Source: a candidate division WOR-3 bacterium (lineage in GTDB: Bacteria > Hydrothermota > Tepidihabitantia > Tepidihabitantales > Tepidihabitantaceae). From it: DNA of 53,176 nucleotides. A program made the position numbers and the translations under genes. The stretch spans positions 1 through 53,176 of the forward strand of contig CBFGJV010000003.1 in NCBI GenBank assembly GCA_965649205.1. The letters run 5' to 3'. The first letter of the stretch is position 1. Each line of letters starts with the position of its first letter. The notes below the pieces were generated by a model. It saw nothing but the letters and a program-made list of their open reading frames with translations. It was not told where the DNA came from and ran no database searches. Positions 17,827 through 28,900 of the stretch are shown piece after piece.

Positions 17827-18717
17827 TCACTTTTCCTCCGACTCTTTTCCTCCATCAACCATCACTTCGCACTCATCCGTAAATGCCCGGCTCTCACCGT
17901 TATCCAGGGCCACCTCTTCCGGAGTAACGATCGCCTCTTGCCCGTCCTCATAGCGAACCGTAATCCGACCGGCCAGAACATCATGACCGACAACCCGCCC
18001 TTTTCCCTGGGCGGTTGTAACCTGCGTACCAATCTTGGGTAGAGCTGCCTGACATTTTCTATAGCTCTCCTCCTCGAATCCCAGACAACACTGAAGCTTA
18101 CCGCACAGTCCGGAAATCTTGGACGGGTCCACAAAAAGATTCTGCTGCCGGGCCATGCGCAGGGCTACCGGCCTGAGCTCTCTGATGAACTGACGGCAAC
18201 ACAATTCCCGACCGCATGGACCTAACCCTCCCAGAAAGCGGGCATGGTCCCGAGCGCCAATCTGCTTAATGGCCACCCTGATATTCAAAGCCGACGATAT
18301 CATCTTATGTAGACCCCGAAAGTCTAACCGCTGTTCCGAGACAAAGTAAAAGCAAATCTTCTTACGGTCCCAGCGCCAGTGAGCATCTACCACCTTCATA
18401 TCCAGTTTGAATTCATCCTTCTGTCTGATAAACAACTCCAGCACCCGGCGGCATTTGACGTCCAATTCCGCCTTACGCTCCAAATCTTGCGCCGTCGCTC
18501 TGCGTAACACCACTCCTTTAGCTTCCGCACCTTCAAGAACTCCTACCACCTGACCCAAGTCTTCCCCTTCTTCGTCGCGGATGATTACCATGTCTCCCAG
18601 CGATACTTCAACCTCCCGGGCCAAAACACATGCCTCTGTTCGGAAAGCATGAAGTTGCACGGCTACCGTACTGCCGGCGGCCAACTTCTCTTTTCCCGTT
18701 TTTACCTGATTCTCCAT
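17827..18717 (-). CDS. PSP1 / YaaT (RicT) family protein
   Basis: RLDFR...QIGARD...GGLGPCGRELCC...KISGLCGKLQCCL. Confidence 0.92.
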   Translation of the reverse strand: MENQVKTGKEKLAAGSTVAVQLHAFRTEACVLAREVEVSLGDMVIIRDEEGEDLGQVVGVLEGAEAKGVVLRRATAQDLERKAELDVKCRRVLELFIRQKDEFKLDMKVVDAHWRWDRKKICFYFVSEQRLDFRGLHKMISSALNIRVAIKQIGARDHARFLGGLGPCGRELCCRQFIRELRPVALRMARQQNLFVDPSKISGLCGKLQCCLGFEEESYRKCQAALPKIGTQVTTAQGKGRVVGHDVLAGRITVRYEDGQEAIVTPEEVALDNGESRAFTDECEVMVDGGKESEEK

Positions 18718-20040
18718 CTACTTAAGTAATTCCTGCTCATCCGGAGCGAGTAAGTGCTCATAACCGGTTTTGGGTTCGTCCGGATTGGAACTGTAAGCCA
18801 GACGGAAATTGCCATCTCCTCCGACGTCAATGAAAATGAACAGATAGCCCAGACCATAATAACGCCAGTACTCACGCGGCTTGCGGTCCACCTCCAGCAC
18901 CCGATGCTCCACCTCATCAGGCGCCCCATATTTCACATAAATGCGTCCTCGGTCCGTAGCCAGTCCTGAAGTGCGAGAAGTGCGGAACTTTGTCTCGGCT
19001 GTCTGCATACGCCGGGCAAACTCGCTGAGATTATGGCGGGACCAGAACCAAGCAAGATAGGCTTCCTTGCCCGAATCAGACAGGGAGTTGTAATAACTGA
19101 GCTCACGCCTGCTGGCAATATAGCTCAACTGCCGATAATACTTCTTCTCCAGTTCCGTCATCTGCAGACGGTAAGGTGAAAGATAGACCGCAGCCTGTTC
19201 TTCTTCTCCCACCAGAAAAGTAGTACGACGTGAGCGGCTTTCCTTTCGTCCCGGGTCATATACCTCTACGAGCAGTTCATAGCTGCCTGCGCTCAACCCG
19301 GCAACACTCACACCTAAAACAGACGCACCCTTAGTACCTGTCTTGTGTTTACTGATGGGCCCTGTGGTAAGCACTGTATCTACTCGTCTCCGGTCAACGG
19401 ATGTTTTGAGTACACTAGCTTGCACCTGGTAACTATCCGGCATGGCTGCCATGTCGTAGGCTTCATAATAAAAATAGACGTAGTCCAGACCGTCACCGCC
19501 GTATCTGCGTGCTGGATTGGGAATGACCGAAAAACCTCCCCCGGTCGAATCCACAGCCAATCCTGCTGCCAATTGCACAGAGCTGAGAGCAAAACCCTGC
19601 CCCAGGTCTAGAACCTCTATAGTATCCTCTACGCTGGCCACCGCCACATAGTCCACCGCTTCAGGCATGCTCTCATTTTGCCGCGCAGCCGGCCGGCCCA
19701 GAGTAAGGCTGTACCAGTACCGGCCCGCAGGTGCCTGCAGACTAAACCCATCTACAAATGACCTGCGGCTCTGGCTTGCCTCGCGGAAGGAACTTATTCT
19801 CGCCTGTTTATAGATAACTGCATCCTGACTATAACCCTGAGAACCCCTCATCTGAAACCGCACCGAGAACTGTGCCACCAGCCCCGAGTCCTGCGGCGTG
19901 TACTCCAGCAGATGATAAGGAACTGCATAAAACAGTTCCACCCGACCAGAATCGGCGGTGCCCCGAAAAACTGCCCAGTCCACACTCAACGCTGTGGCCG
20001 AACAGAAGGCAGAAAGCAGAACCAGAGAAAAATGTCTCAC
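18718..20040 (-). CDS. GWxTD domain-containing exported protein
   Basis: Signal peptide; C-terminal GLATDRGRIYVKYGAPDEV...YWRY. Confidence 0.8.
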   Translation of the reverse strand: MRHFSLVLLSAFCSATALSVDWAVFRGTADSGRVELFYAVPYHLLEYTPQDSGLVAQFSVRFQMRGSQGYSQDAVIYKQARISSFREASQSRRSFVDGFSLQAPAGRYWYSLTLGRPAARQNESMPEAVDYVAVASVEDTIEVLDLGQGFALSSVQLAAGLAVDSTGGGFSVIPNPARRYGGDGLDYVYFYYEAYDMAAMPDSYQVQASVLKTSVDRRRVDTVLTTGPISKHKTGTKGASVLGVSVAGLSAGSYELLVEVYDPGRKESRSRRTTFLVGEEEQAAVYLSPYRLQMTELEKKYYRQLSYIASRRELSYYNSLSDSGKEAYLAWFWSRHNLSEFARRMQTAETKFRTSRTSGLATDRGRIYVKYGAPDEVEHRVLEVDRKPREYWRYYGLGYLFIFIDVGGDGNFRLAYSSNPDEPKTGYEHLLAPDEQELLK

Positions 20041-20047
20041 GGGTAGT

Positions 20048-21187
20048 TCAGTTTGTCAGCACGAACACCCCGAACCCATAACGGTCGACAAAGGTAAACT
20101 CTCTTCCCAGACTGTAGTAGTACCAAGTCTCACTTGCCCGGGCGTCTATTTCAAACGGACGTGAGACTATGTTGTCCGGGGGGCCATATGTTACGTATAT
20201 CCGCCCCCGGTCGCTGCGATATCCTTTATCCGCCCCGCCGAAATGCTCTTTGGCATAGGTAATGCGACGGAAGTATTCTTCTTCCTTCTCGTTGTGCTCA
20301 GTCGTAGGGCTGGGGTCTCTTTTTTTCCAGAAATCACGCCAGGCTTGCTCTCGCTCAGCCCGCGGTTTCTTTTTCAGCTCGGCCATCTCGGCTGCAGTAG
20401 CAATGTAGAGTAGTTCTTCTACCTTTTCGCGATAGGCCTTGTCGTCCTGAAAGAAGGGTACTTTCATCCAGAAACTCGTCCTGCCAATTTTACCTCCGGA
20501 CCGCACCTCCAGTTCATATTCGCCTGTGGACAGCCGAGCTGCACCATTCGAATCCGCCAGCGCCAGAGAATATCTTGCATAACTGCGACCGGCTGAATCA
20601 AAGACTGCGGCCTCACCTACCATCAGCACCCGGCGGCTGCCACGAATCGAGAAGGTGCATCTTTGGCCAGCCTGGGTCTGACCCGCAAGCTCAGCCAGCG
20701 CTTCGAACGTATCTTCCACCTGATAAACTCTGGACTGATTCTTTTTTCCGCGCCGATACAGCCAGACACGTACTGCTGCTGGCGCCTTATCCAGGGCAGA
20801 AATCGCACTGGCCCTGCGGTCGCTCGCCGCGTCTGCCACCAGTACCTGCACTCGCCGCGCGCCCTCTGGAACCGCCACACTCACAGAACCGGACACCACC
20901 GAATCTCGGTCCGCGGCCGCGCCGTAGGCTGACACATACGCAAATCTTTGCCATAAGTCTCCTGCCACGGGATTACCCTTGGCGTCATATAACTCTACGC
21001 CCACATTGAACCTGGCAACAAATCCGCTATCGCCGCGCAAAAAAGTAAGCGACGAAAAGGGGATTTCGTAGAAAAGCTCTAAAGTAAGTCCCTGTGTCGT
21101 ATCAAGATACACATTTTGTTCCAGAAAAAGATTCAGATCTCCCTGAATTGGCAAAACACCGACAAATAGCAGAACCGCAAGCCACAT
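20048..21187 (-). CDS. GWxTD domain-containing exported protein
   Basis: FWKKRDPSPTTEHNE..EEYFRRI.YA; GYRSDRGRIYVTYGPPD. Confidence 0.85.
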   Translation of the reverse strand: MWLAVLLFVGVLPIQGDLNLFLEQNVYLDTTQGLTLELFYEIPFSSLTFLRGDSGFVARFNVGVELYDAKGNPVAGDLWQRFAYVSAYGAAADRDSVVSGSVSVAVPEGARRVQVLVADAASDRRASAISALDKAPAAVRVWLYRRGKKNQSRVYQVEDTFEALAELAGQTQAGQRCTFSIRGSRRVLMVGEAAVFDSAGRSYARYSLALADSNGAARLSTGEYELEVRSGGKIGRTSFWMKVPFFQDDKAYREKVEELLYIATAAEMAELKKKPRAEREQAWRDFWKKRDPSPTTEHNEKEEEYFRRITYAKEHFGGADKGYRSDRGRIYVTYGPPDNIVSRPFEIDARASETWYYYSLGREFTFVDRYGFGVFVLTN

Positions 21188-21197
21188 CTGAGCTACA

Positions 21198-21225
21198 AGT
21201 CTAAACTACTGTCAAAACAAGTCAA
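21198..21225 (-). promoter_or_regulatory. sigma70-like promoter of the GWxTD-PSP1-thiC-aminotransferase operon
   Basis: TTGACT-N16-TAGACT, 10 nt before ATG 21187. Confidence 0.65.
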
Positions 21226-21241
21226 CCCAATTCCCCGACTT

Positions 21242-21688
21242 TCAACTCCCCAATAACAAATGGAACTTCTTCTGCAACTCTGCCAGCGACCCTTCCACGC
21301 TCTTCCAGTCCACTGCATAGAACAGATGGGAAAAACAACAACAATCAGAGCACCCAAAGCCACCTACCGCCTGCAGTCCTGTACCCAGTTCGAGTGCCAA
21401 TCCGCACTCAGAAGCAGCCGGGAAGAAGTAAATATCCATGGGCTTCATGCGCTTTCTGCCTGTGGTCAAGTAGTCTATGTGCCAGCGGATGCGTTTACTG
21501 CAGGCTAGATGTCGCTGTGCCCTTTTTAGTACATTTACTCCGCCCGAACCTACATACAGATAGAATCCTATCGGGAATTCCCGCTCGCCTAGTCTTCCGA
21601 GTCTTACTTTGCGTACAATCTGATTTCTCAAAATAAGTACGTAGGCTACTGATTGGGGTTTGAATCGGGGATAACGTCTAGATTTCAT
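21242..21688 (-). CDS. GIY-YIG nuclease family protein (DUF123-like)
   Basis: YLYVGS...RHL...RWHIDYL...GFGCSDCCCFSHLFY; ATG overlaps the upstream TGA (ATGA). Confidence 0.85.
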   Translation of the reverse strand: MKSRRYPRFKPQSVAYVLILRNQIVRKVRLGRLGEREFPIGFYLYVGSGGVNVLKRAQRHLACSKRIRWHIDYLTTGRKRMKPMDIYFFPAASECGLALELGTGLQAVGGFGCSDCCCFSHLFYAVDWKSVEGSLAELQKKFHLLLGS

Positions 21689-22962
21689 GCTGATTTCTTC
21701 GCCGCTATTGCCTCCGCCACCGCAATTCCCGTAGCCCAAGCAAGGTGCAGATTGTACCCGCCAGTTTCAGCCCAGGTATCCAGCAATTCTCCAGCTACAT
21801 ACAAGCCCGGAATTCTGCGAACCTGACAAGTAGTAATATCCATTTCGTCAAGACTCACTCCTCCGCCGGTAACCGTCGCCCTTTCTATCGGTTCTGTTCC
21901 AACGACAGCAAAAACTGTGCCCTTGAGCAGATCGACCGCTAGCTCTTGTTCTGCCCGCGACAGATGACACAACAACCGGTCTTGTCCCAATCCTGTCCGG
22001 AAGCAAAGCACCCTGCCCAGCCTGCGCGCCACATACCGAGCAAGAAATGTCACAACTTGCTGGCGAGGGTGGCTGTTACGAGTCAGAGCAAGCTCTGCCC
22101 TTATTTCTTCTCTGCTCTTGTCCGGGACCCAGTCCAGCTTCAGCTTGACATCCTTGCCTGCATTCAATGCCCTGGCTGCCCGACCGGAAGGGACCAGCAC
22201 CGCTGCACCAGACAAATACTCGTGCGCAAATACAAGCGGCCCATCCGCTTCCATCTCCACCTTTCCATCTATCAGGAGTCTTGAGTGTACGCGCCGGTGA
22301 GTAATTCCGGCCAAGCAGGACAAGTCTTCCTTGGGCCGCAGAGCACATAAAGCCGGAAACCAGTTCGTGGTACGCAGACCCAGGCTGCAGCACAAAGCAA
22401 GCCCATCCCCGGTTGAACCGGTCTGGGGAAAACTGGCTCCACCGGTGGCAAGACATACATTACGACAAAGAAACTCTCCGCGGGATGTCACAACGACCCA
22501 ATACGAATCAGTTGCCTCCCCTTGTCTTCTCAACGCTGCAACTCGACACAACGTAACGACCTTCACTCCCCTGTTCTGAGCTTCCTTTACCAGCCTGTTC
22601 CTGAATCCTGACGCGTCTAGTCCCTCTGGCCAAACACACCCGTTTGCATCTGTCCGACTCTTAATGCCTATAGAACCGAAAAGACTCACTATCCGCTCAT
22701 AAGGAAACCGCCGCAAAAGTGGGAGCAGTCTGGTCCCATGTTCAAATCTTTCTGCCATACTTTCAGGCCCTTCTGCGTGTGTAAAATTACATTTCCTGCC
22801 CCCGGTAATGCTAAGCTTGTGCCCACACCGCTCCATTTTCTCAAAAATTGTCACAGAAAGCCCCAGTTTCGCAGCAGCCACCGCACAAGCCAAACCGCTA
22901 GCGCCGCCGCCAACTATACCCAAATCTATAACCTCTTTGTATTCCGAAAGATTAGATTTCAT
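21685..22962 (-). CDS. HI0933/YhiN (BaiN-like) flavoprotein oxidoreductase
   Basis: GGGASG; KLSITGGRKCNFT; ATGGASFPQTGSTGDG; ATVTGGGV; GGYNL; start taken at MKSNL. Confidence 0.9.
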   Translation of the reverse strand: MKSNLSEYKEVIDLGIVGGGASGLACAVAAAKLGLSVTIFEKMERCGHKLSITGGRKCNFTHAEGPESMAERFEHGTRLLPLLRRFPYERIVSLFGSIGIKSRTDANGCVWPEGLDASGFRNRLVKEAQNRGVKVVTLCRVAALRRQGEATDSYWVVVTSRGEFLCRNVCLATGGASFPQTGSTGDGLALCCSLGLRTTNWFPALCALRPKEDLSCLAGITHRRVHSRLLIDGKVEMEADGPLVFAHEYLSGAAVLVPSGRAARALNAGKDVKLKLDWVPDKSREEIRAELALTRNSHPRQQVVTFLARYVARRLGRVLCFRTGLGQDRLLCHLSRAEQELAVDLLKGTVFAVVGTEPIERATVTGGGVSLDEMDITTCQVRRIPGLYVAGELLDTWAETGGYNLHLAWATGIAVAEAIAAKKSA

Positions 22963-23383
22963 TGATAATGTGCTTGACAAAACGGATTTTGTTGCGCATC
23001 CTTTGGACAGCAACTGGCGTCAAAGTTTTTAGGAGCACGACAGTCCGGTCTTCACTAACCGGCTCGGTCACCCACATTGCCGCGATCACTGGACTGCCCG
23101 TGTCTCCTTTTTTATAATCTTTCTGCCTGTCTTCATGCTCTACAAACATAACTAACGTTTTCCCAGCTTGTTATCAAAGTTCCTATTCCGGGTTGTATCC
23201 TGTGTATTGCACATCCGATTTTGTCTATGTGAATTACTGATAATTCCTGGCGCCGCATTTCCCCGAAAATCTAGTAAGCCTAGGTCTGAAGTCAACCGTT
23301 CTGAAATGCGTTGCTTACCGGGTGTACCAATTTCCTTATACGGCTCTTTACCCCAGTGTAAATAAGCCCAACCCTTTCAATAG

Positions 23384-25042
23384 TTACCAGTAAAGAAAAC
23401 GACACAGCAGCAGTTTTAGTACCCGGGAAGGCAGCAGATTTTTCCCCTCTGGTACTGGCTGGTCAGCGTCGGGAATAGACAGTATCACCGAATCCACCTC
23501 AACTAATCCACCCGAATCTGCCAAAGCATTTTGCAAGGACAAAAAGGATTCGGCTGGAACAAGCCACCATATGCCGCCCGTATCAGTAGCCCACTTCCAA
23601 CAATCCTGTACAAAAAGAGACAAAAGAGAAGGTTCCGGAAATGCGTAGCGCGGAACAGCAAGGGGATTACGCACTCTCGGCCGTATCTGCCTATCCAACT
23701 TTTGCCCAGGACCACCTGCCGGGCCTATGCCGGGCGAGCCAGCAATAGAAAAATCTGCCAGTTTCCATTTGCCCAGATAGTCCAGAGTTGCGGTCTCGCC
23801 ACCGCCTGCCACAATAACTGCTCCTTTGGGAACTCTCCGCCTGACCATCTGTACAACTTCAGATATACCTGCAGACTCGCGGACGGTTCGACCCAACCGG
23901 ACGATTGTACCAGGAACGCTTCCCAAGCCGGCGAGAATCAACAAAACGGACAGACCGACGTACCAAAGTGTACGCCTGTAAGACGTAACCTTCCGCAGCA
24001 ACAACACCAAAGCTACGCAGTATAGAGGCAAAGTAGGTAGCAGAAATCGCATCGACATAGGGTCTGGCGGCCAGTAGTAAGCCAGATACACCAGAAGATG
24101 AAGAGACACACCACACGCCAAAAGCCAAGCAAACCGTCGCCGCTCTGGTACAAACCACAGACCCACCAGTGCTGCTGCGGCCGGTACCGCGACTAAACCA
24201 AGACCGTCATTAGCAATCCTAACCAGATAGGGCAATAAATTGCGACCAATGTATGATAATCTGAATGCGGTCTGCTCGCCGGTCAGAGCATAACCGGTTC
24301 GAAACCACCCCCCGTACGTCACCCGACCGTAAATAAGAAACATAGAAAATGGCAGGGCCATCCCGACAATGCCGTAGAGCAAAGTCGGAAACAACCGGCG
24401 TCCTGGTTTTCTCAGTACCAACATACCCAAGAGGAACACACTAATCAGTATCCCTTCTGGATAGCGAATTGCCGGAATACTGCCAAATATCAAGCCGGCC
24501 GAGAACACCAGACTCTCCGTGCCTGAATCAATTCCAACTGCAAGGAGATACAACCCCCAGTAGAAAAAACAGAACACCGCCAGATGCGCACCACCCCAAT
24601 GCACCTGTTCATTGAATACAGGCAACAGGACCGTCACACCCACAACCGCAAGAGCAGCCCAGCTATTAATCAGACGTCGCACAAACAAGAACAGTGCCAA
24701 TAACCCCAACAGGGCCAGAAAAACGTTAGTTCTGAGTGCTCCACCCGCGCCTCCCAACATATAGCCGGGGAGTGCCAGCACGGCTAATCCGGGCCCGTAT
24801 ACCGGCACGACTCGCCTGCCATCGGCACTCACCCAATGGGGACCAACGTATTGCACCGGTGACTCCGGCAAGAAACTTGTAGAACCAGTACCAGCCAACA
24901 GTCGTGTTTGTAGAAAGTACCCATGAGCATCTGGCCCAATCAATACCGGGCGGAATAAGAAAAAATGACCCATCCCAAAAACGCCCAGTATTACTACGAA
25001 GATAACTTCTGGAATTCCAGCCTGTCGCCCTCTAACTTGCAT
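23384..25042 (-). CDS. Polytopic membrane protein, GT-C (ArnT/PMT-like) glycosyltransferase
   Basis: Many hydrophobic segments; D..GY in the first loop (GPDAHGY); YGPG; IRYP; RFLLP. Confidence 0.65.
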   Translation of the reverse strand: MQVRGRQAGIPEVIFVVILGVFGMGHFFLFRPVLIGPDAHGYFLQTRLLAGTGSTSFLPESPVQYVGPHWVSADGRRVVPVYGPGLAVLALPGYMLGGAGGALRTNVFLALLGLLALFLFVRRLINSWAALAVVGVTVLLPVFNEQVHWGGAHLAVFCFFYWGLYLLAVGIDSGTESLVFSAGLIFGSIPAIRYPEGILISVFLLGMLVLRKPGRRLFPTLLYGIVGMALPFSMFLIYGRVTYGGWFRTGYALTGEQTAFRLSYIGRNLLPYLVRIANDGLGLVAVPAAAALVGLWFVPERRRFAWLLACGVSLHLLVYLAYYWPPDPMSMRFLLPTLPLYCVALVLLLRKVTSYRRTLWYVGLSVLLILAGLGSVPGTIVRLGRTVRESAGISEVVQMVRRRVPKGAVIVAGGGETATLDYLGKWKLADFSIAGSPGIGPAGGPGQKLDRQIRPRVRNPLAVPRYAFPEPSLLSLFVQDCWKWATDTGGIWWLVPAESFLSLQNALADSGGLVEVDSVILSIPDADQPVPEGKNLLPSRVLKLLLCRFLYW

Positions 25043-25083
25043 CGTAATTCAAACTCCCCAGCCGCTCATTTCCGTTGCTGACC

Positions 25084-25112
25084 TTGACCCCAGGTAAGCT
25101 GTTCGCTACTCT
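25084..25112 (+). promoter_or_regulatory. sigma70-like promoter (leaderless)
   Basis: TTGACC-N17-TACTCT, 6 nt before GTG 25119. Confidence 0.55.
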
Positions 25113-25118
25113 ACTCCC

Positions 25119-25901
25119 GTGGTGAGTCGTGCCATTACATTCTTGATGGGAATACTGTGTTTGTTGAACACCGGTTGTCCTTCCCGGCAACCAGTACGCA
25201 AAATCGAACTGACGCTGCCTCAGATAAAAGACGGTGAAACTTCCGTGTACGAGATAGCGGCCGGTGAAACTGTCCTGTATCGCTCCGAGACTCGGGTGCA
25301 TTTCAGCGAAGAATTGACAAACCCGGCCGGGTCCGCTGCTCCTGTTCCCACCTTGGAGTTGACCACAACCGTCTACACCGTTGCCGCTCCCCTCTATTTC
25401 TACGACTCTTCTGTAGTAATCCTGCGCAGAGATGTACTTACGCCCCTGCGGTCCGCACGTTTTGTGACAACAGATGTGGGCCAGTTCGAAATCCAGAGCC
25501 ATTATGAACAGACACATGTCCGAATTACCAAACGCAGTATTGATGGCACCGAGACTCAACAATTTCGTCTGGCTCCCAATTCCCTGGATAATGAGATGAT
25601 TCCTTTTGTCCTGCGGGGAATGTCTTTGGAACCTTCGACTCGCCTGAATCTCAGCATAGTCCTGCCACTGAGTATGAGAATCGTGCCTGCCGAAGCCAGG
25701 GTACTGGGAACCAAGCTGGTCTCTACCCGCTTGGGAGACATAATGTGCCGGGAAGTGGAGCTCTCCATGCAGGGGGGAAAAGTACGTCTCTGGTACGAGC
25801 TCGCCTCACCCCGGCGCCTGGTGATGCTGTTCAACCCAGACCGGCACAACGAACTGCGGCTAGTTGCCTACCACCCAGGCGAAGACTCAGTTCTGCCCTG
25901 A
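25119..25901 (+). CDS. Putative lipoprotein, DUF3108-like beta-rich
   Basis: Lipobox-like LNTG-C; GETSVYEI, LDNE..PFVLR and T.LGDI.C.EV...RLWY patterns. Confidence 0.6.
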   Translation: MVSRAITFLMGILCLLNTGCPSRQPVRKIELTLPQIKDGETSVYEIAAGETVLYRSETRVHFSEELTNPAGSAAPVPTLELTTTVYTVAAPLYFYDSSVVILRRDVLTPLRSARFVTTDVGQFEIQSHYEQTHVRITKRSIDGTETQQFRLAPNSLDNEMIPFVLRGMSLEPSTRLNLSIVLPLSMRIVPAEARVLGTKLVSTRLGDIMCREVELSMQGGKVRLWYELASPRRLVMLFNPDRHNELRLVAYHPGEDSVLP

Positions 25902-25906
25902 CAACG

Positions 25907-28900
25907 TCAACGCTGGACTACAAACTTCTGAGTCAGCTGGTGCTTGCCCGCGCTCAACTTCAGCAGGTAGATGCCTTCTGCCAACTCTCCACTACCTATC
26001 CGCACCCGATGATATCCCGCCGCCATCACTCCATCCACCACCTCTCGCACCATCCGACCCGTCGCATCATACACCGCTATATTCACACGGCTCGCCTCGG
26101 GCAACGCCAGTCTCAATTCGCACACCTCTCTTGCCGGATTCGGTAATACGCCCGTAGCAGAGAATACTCTCGGCAATCCAGACCCCTCTCCTATGCCCAC
26201 GCTCCGCACCTCTACCGAGTCCGTCTTCGCATCGTTGTTCGGATTCATATCTCCAGCCAGCAGGGTCCGACAGCTCACCGTATGCCGCCCCACCTGCCGC
26301 GCTACCCACTGCACAAACTCCACCGTGTCCTGCGCCCCAACCCCCAAACTCACTTCCTGCGTGTCCACATACGCCGCACCTATGCTCATCCGCACGCGGA
26401 ATGTCTCCGGCCTATTACCGTAGTTCCGCACCACCGCTCTCGGTATCACCACCGCCCCAGAATCCAACGTCCCAACAGGCGCCACCAACGCCGCCGTGCC
26501 TACATCATGTATCGCCCGCACTACCTTCAATACCCCTCTCGCCGTGTCGTTCCCAGGATTCACATCTCCCAACAACACACTGTACGACTCCAGCCGATAG
26601 TTACCCACAGGCCCTGCCACCCACTGCTTCCCAAAGTTCACCGTCACATTCTCCCCTCCGCGCACTGACACCACCACACTGTCCTCATACACCTGATCCA
26701 CAAACCAATCCCCGCCAGTCCAGCCAAACCCAATGCTCGCCTCTCCCTCTCCTGGCAACACCGGCCGGCTCACCAGCTCATCCGCAGTCTGATGAATCTT
26801 GAACCATACCACAAACTGCGCCGAATCAGGACCAAAGTTCCTCACCCGCACACGCGGCACCACCACCGCCCCGGAATCCACCGAATCTGCAGGCACCAAA
26901 ATAGCCTCCACACCCGCATCATACCTGCCTACCGCTACCGTGCCCGTCTTCTTGTCGTTTGCCGGCCGTAGATCACCCACCAGCTCTGTAGAACACTTCA
27001 CCGCCCAAAGACCCAAGGGCGATGCCGTCCAGTTCGGGAAGGTAACATAGGCCGCTGTCCCCGGCGCATGATCGGTCACACTCGCAGTCTGATTGTAAAA
27101 CGTGCCTATCTGCATCCGCACCGTGTAGGTCACCGCCTCGCTGCCATAGTTGTACACCGAACACGCCGGCGTAACCGAAGTCCCCGGATTCACCGTGCCC
27201 GCAGGCGCCACAATGGCCGTCACTCCCACGTCTTTGATCACTACTGTTACTGTCCCCTCCAGCTTATCATTACTCGGCACCCGGTCTCCAGACAACCTGG
27301 TGGTACATTTTATCACATTCACGCCCCGAACTGTAGCCGTCCAGGACGAAAAGGTAATTTCTCTTTCCTCACCCGGCAGCAGATTTGCGACCGTCTGGGT
27401 GTTGGAATAACTGCCTATGACCAAAAGCGTCGGGAAAGTAGCAGCCTGATTTCCATTATTCTTCACCCTGACCTTGGGCGCTATCACAGTTCCAGAATCC
27501 ACCAGTCCCACAGGAGCCACAATAGCCACGGGCTGCACATCAATCAGTCTGACGAAAACCGAAGCTGTTGTTTTGTCGTTTGCCGGTACGTCGTCACCCG
27601 CCAGCCGAGTAGAGCAGGCCACGGCCAGCGTGCCCAAAGTATCTGCTGTCCAGTTCGCAAATGTTATCTCTCGCTCTTCTCCCGGCAGCAAATCTGTGAC
27701 CGTCTTCGTATCCTGATACCGATTGGAGATACTGAACACTGCTTCAAAGGTACGCGTGCCGCCGCCTAGATTTTTGACTTTTGCCTTGGGCACCACCACC
27801 GTCCCCAGGTCAACAGTGCCAGAAGGACTCACAATCGCTGTCGCTCCCACATCTGCAGGTTGCCTCATGCCGATACCTGCTACATCCTCAATCACCCAGC
27901 CGTAACTAACAGTGGAAGCATTCGAACCCAAACGCCAGCGCAACAGGAACTTGGTACCGTTGACCACTGGCACCTTGAACCAGGCCTGCGTCCAGGCGCT
28001 AATGCTGCCGGTGTAACCGTACTCGTTATTGAGTCCGGCAATCGGCGCAGAATGATAGGGGGCCGAACGTTCCGCCCAAGGCTCTATCACCACCCAAGTG
28101 GTACCGTTGTCTGTGGAAAACGACACATTGCCGCCGTCATAAGCTGCGGATGGGGGCGTAGGCGGCGCCTGAAACTGATACCAGTGCCAGAAGGTAACAA
28201 TTGGCGTATCCTGCGTTGCAATGTAGGGTGCGGAAACCAGCTTCCAGTTTGCATTGTTGAGATAGTTACCGGTCAAAGGCGCACCCCATACCTTTGTTCC
28301 TGACCTCGGGGCAGGACGGGGCGAAGCCGGAGTGCCCCAAGCCCAGGCCGCACTGGACGGATCGGCCGTATATCCCCCATTCGTAGCCTCGAATGTCTCT
28401 ATAAAATTCACAACCACGCAGGAAGTGACACTGGCATCATTCGCTCCGTAGTTATCGCCAGCCAGAAGCGTTGAACACTTGGCGGCAAAGAATCCGGGCC
28501 GGGATGGCAGCCACTTGGGAAATTCCACCAGTGTACTTTCGCCCACACCCAGAGGACCTGCCGTGACTGTGCTGGTATACTCAGAACCTATGACCATTTT
28601 CACATCGAACTGAGTCAGAGGCACAGCGCCATAGTTCTTCACCCAAGCCGAGGGAATCACCGAATCAAGCACCAAGGTTCCAACAGGCATAGTCAATGCC
28701 ACTACGCCAGCGTCCTGAGCCAACCCCACATTCATTCCGGCCACATCATCTATCATCCAGCCGTAAGAAACACTGGCCGCATCCGAACCCAACCGCCAGC
28801 GCAGCCAGAATGCTTTACCGGCGGCAACCGGTATCCGGAACCAGGTCTGGGTCCAGTTGGTATCCAAACCAGTATATCCTCGTTCACCACCAAGCCCGGC

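Noticed and set aside
21242..21688. GIY-YIG gene as a homing endonuclease or mobile element
   Set aside because: Short DUF123-type protein coupled to a housekeeping flavoprotein; no intron or intein context
22963..23383. AT-richer intergenic stretch with two 65-aa ORFs
   Set aside because: No recognisable product, repeat or RNA structure
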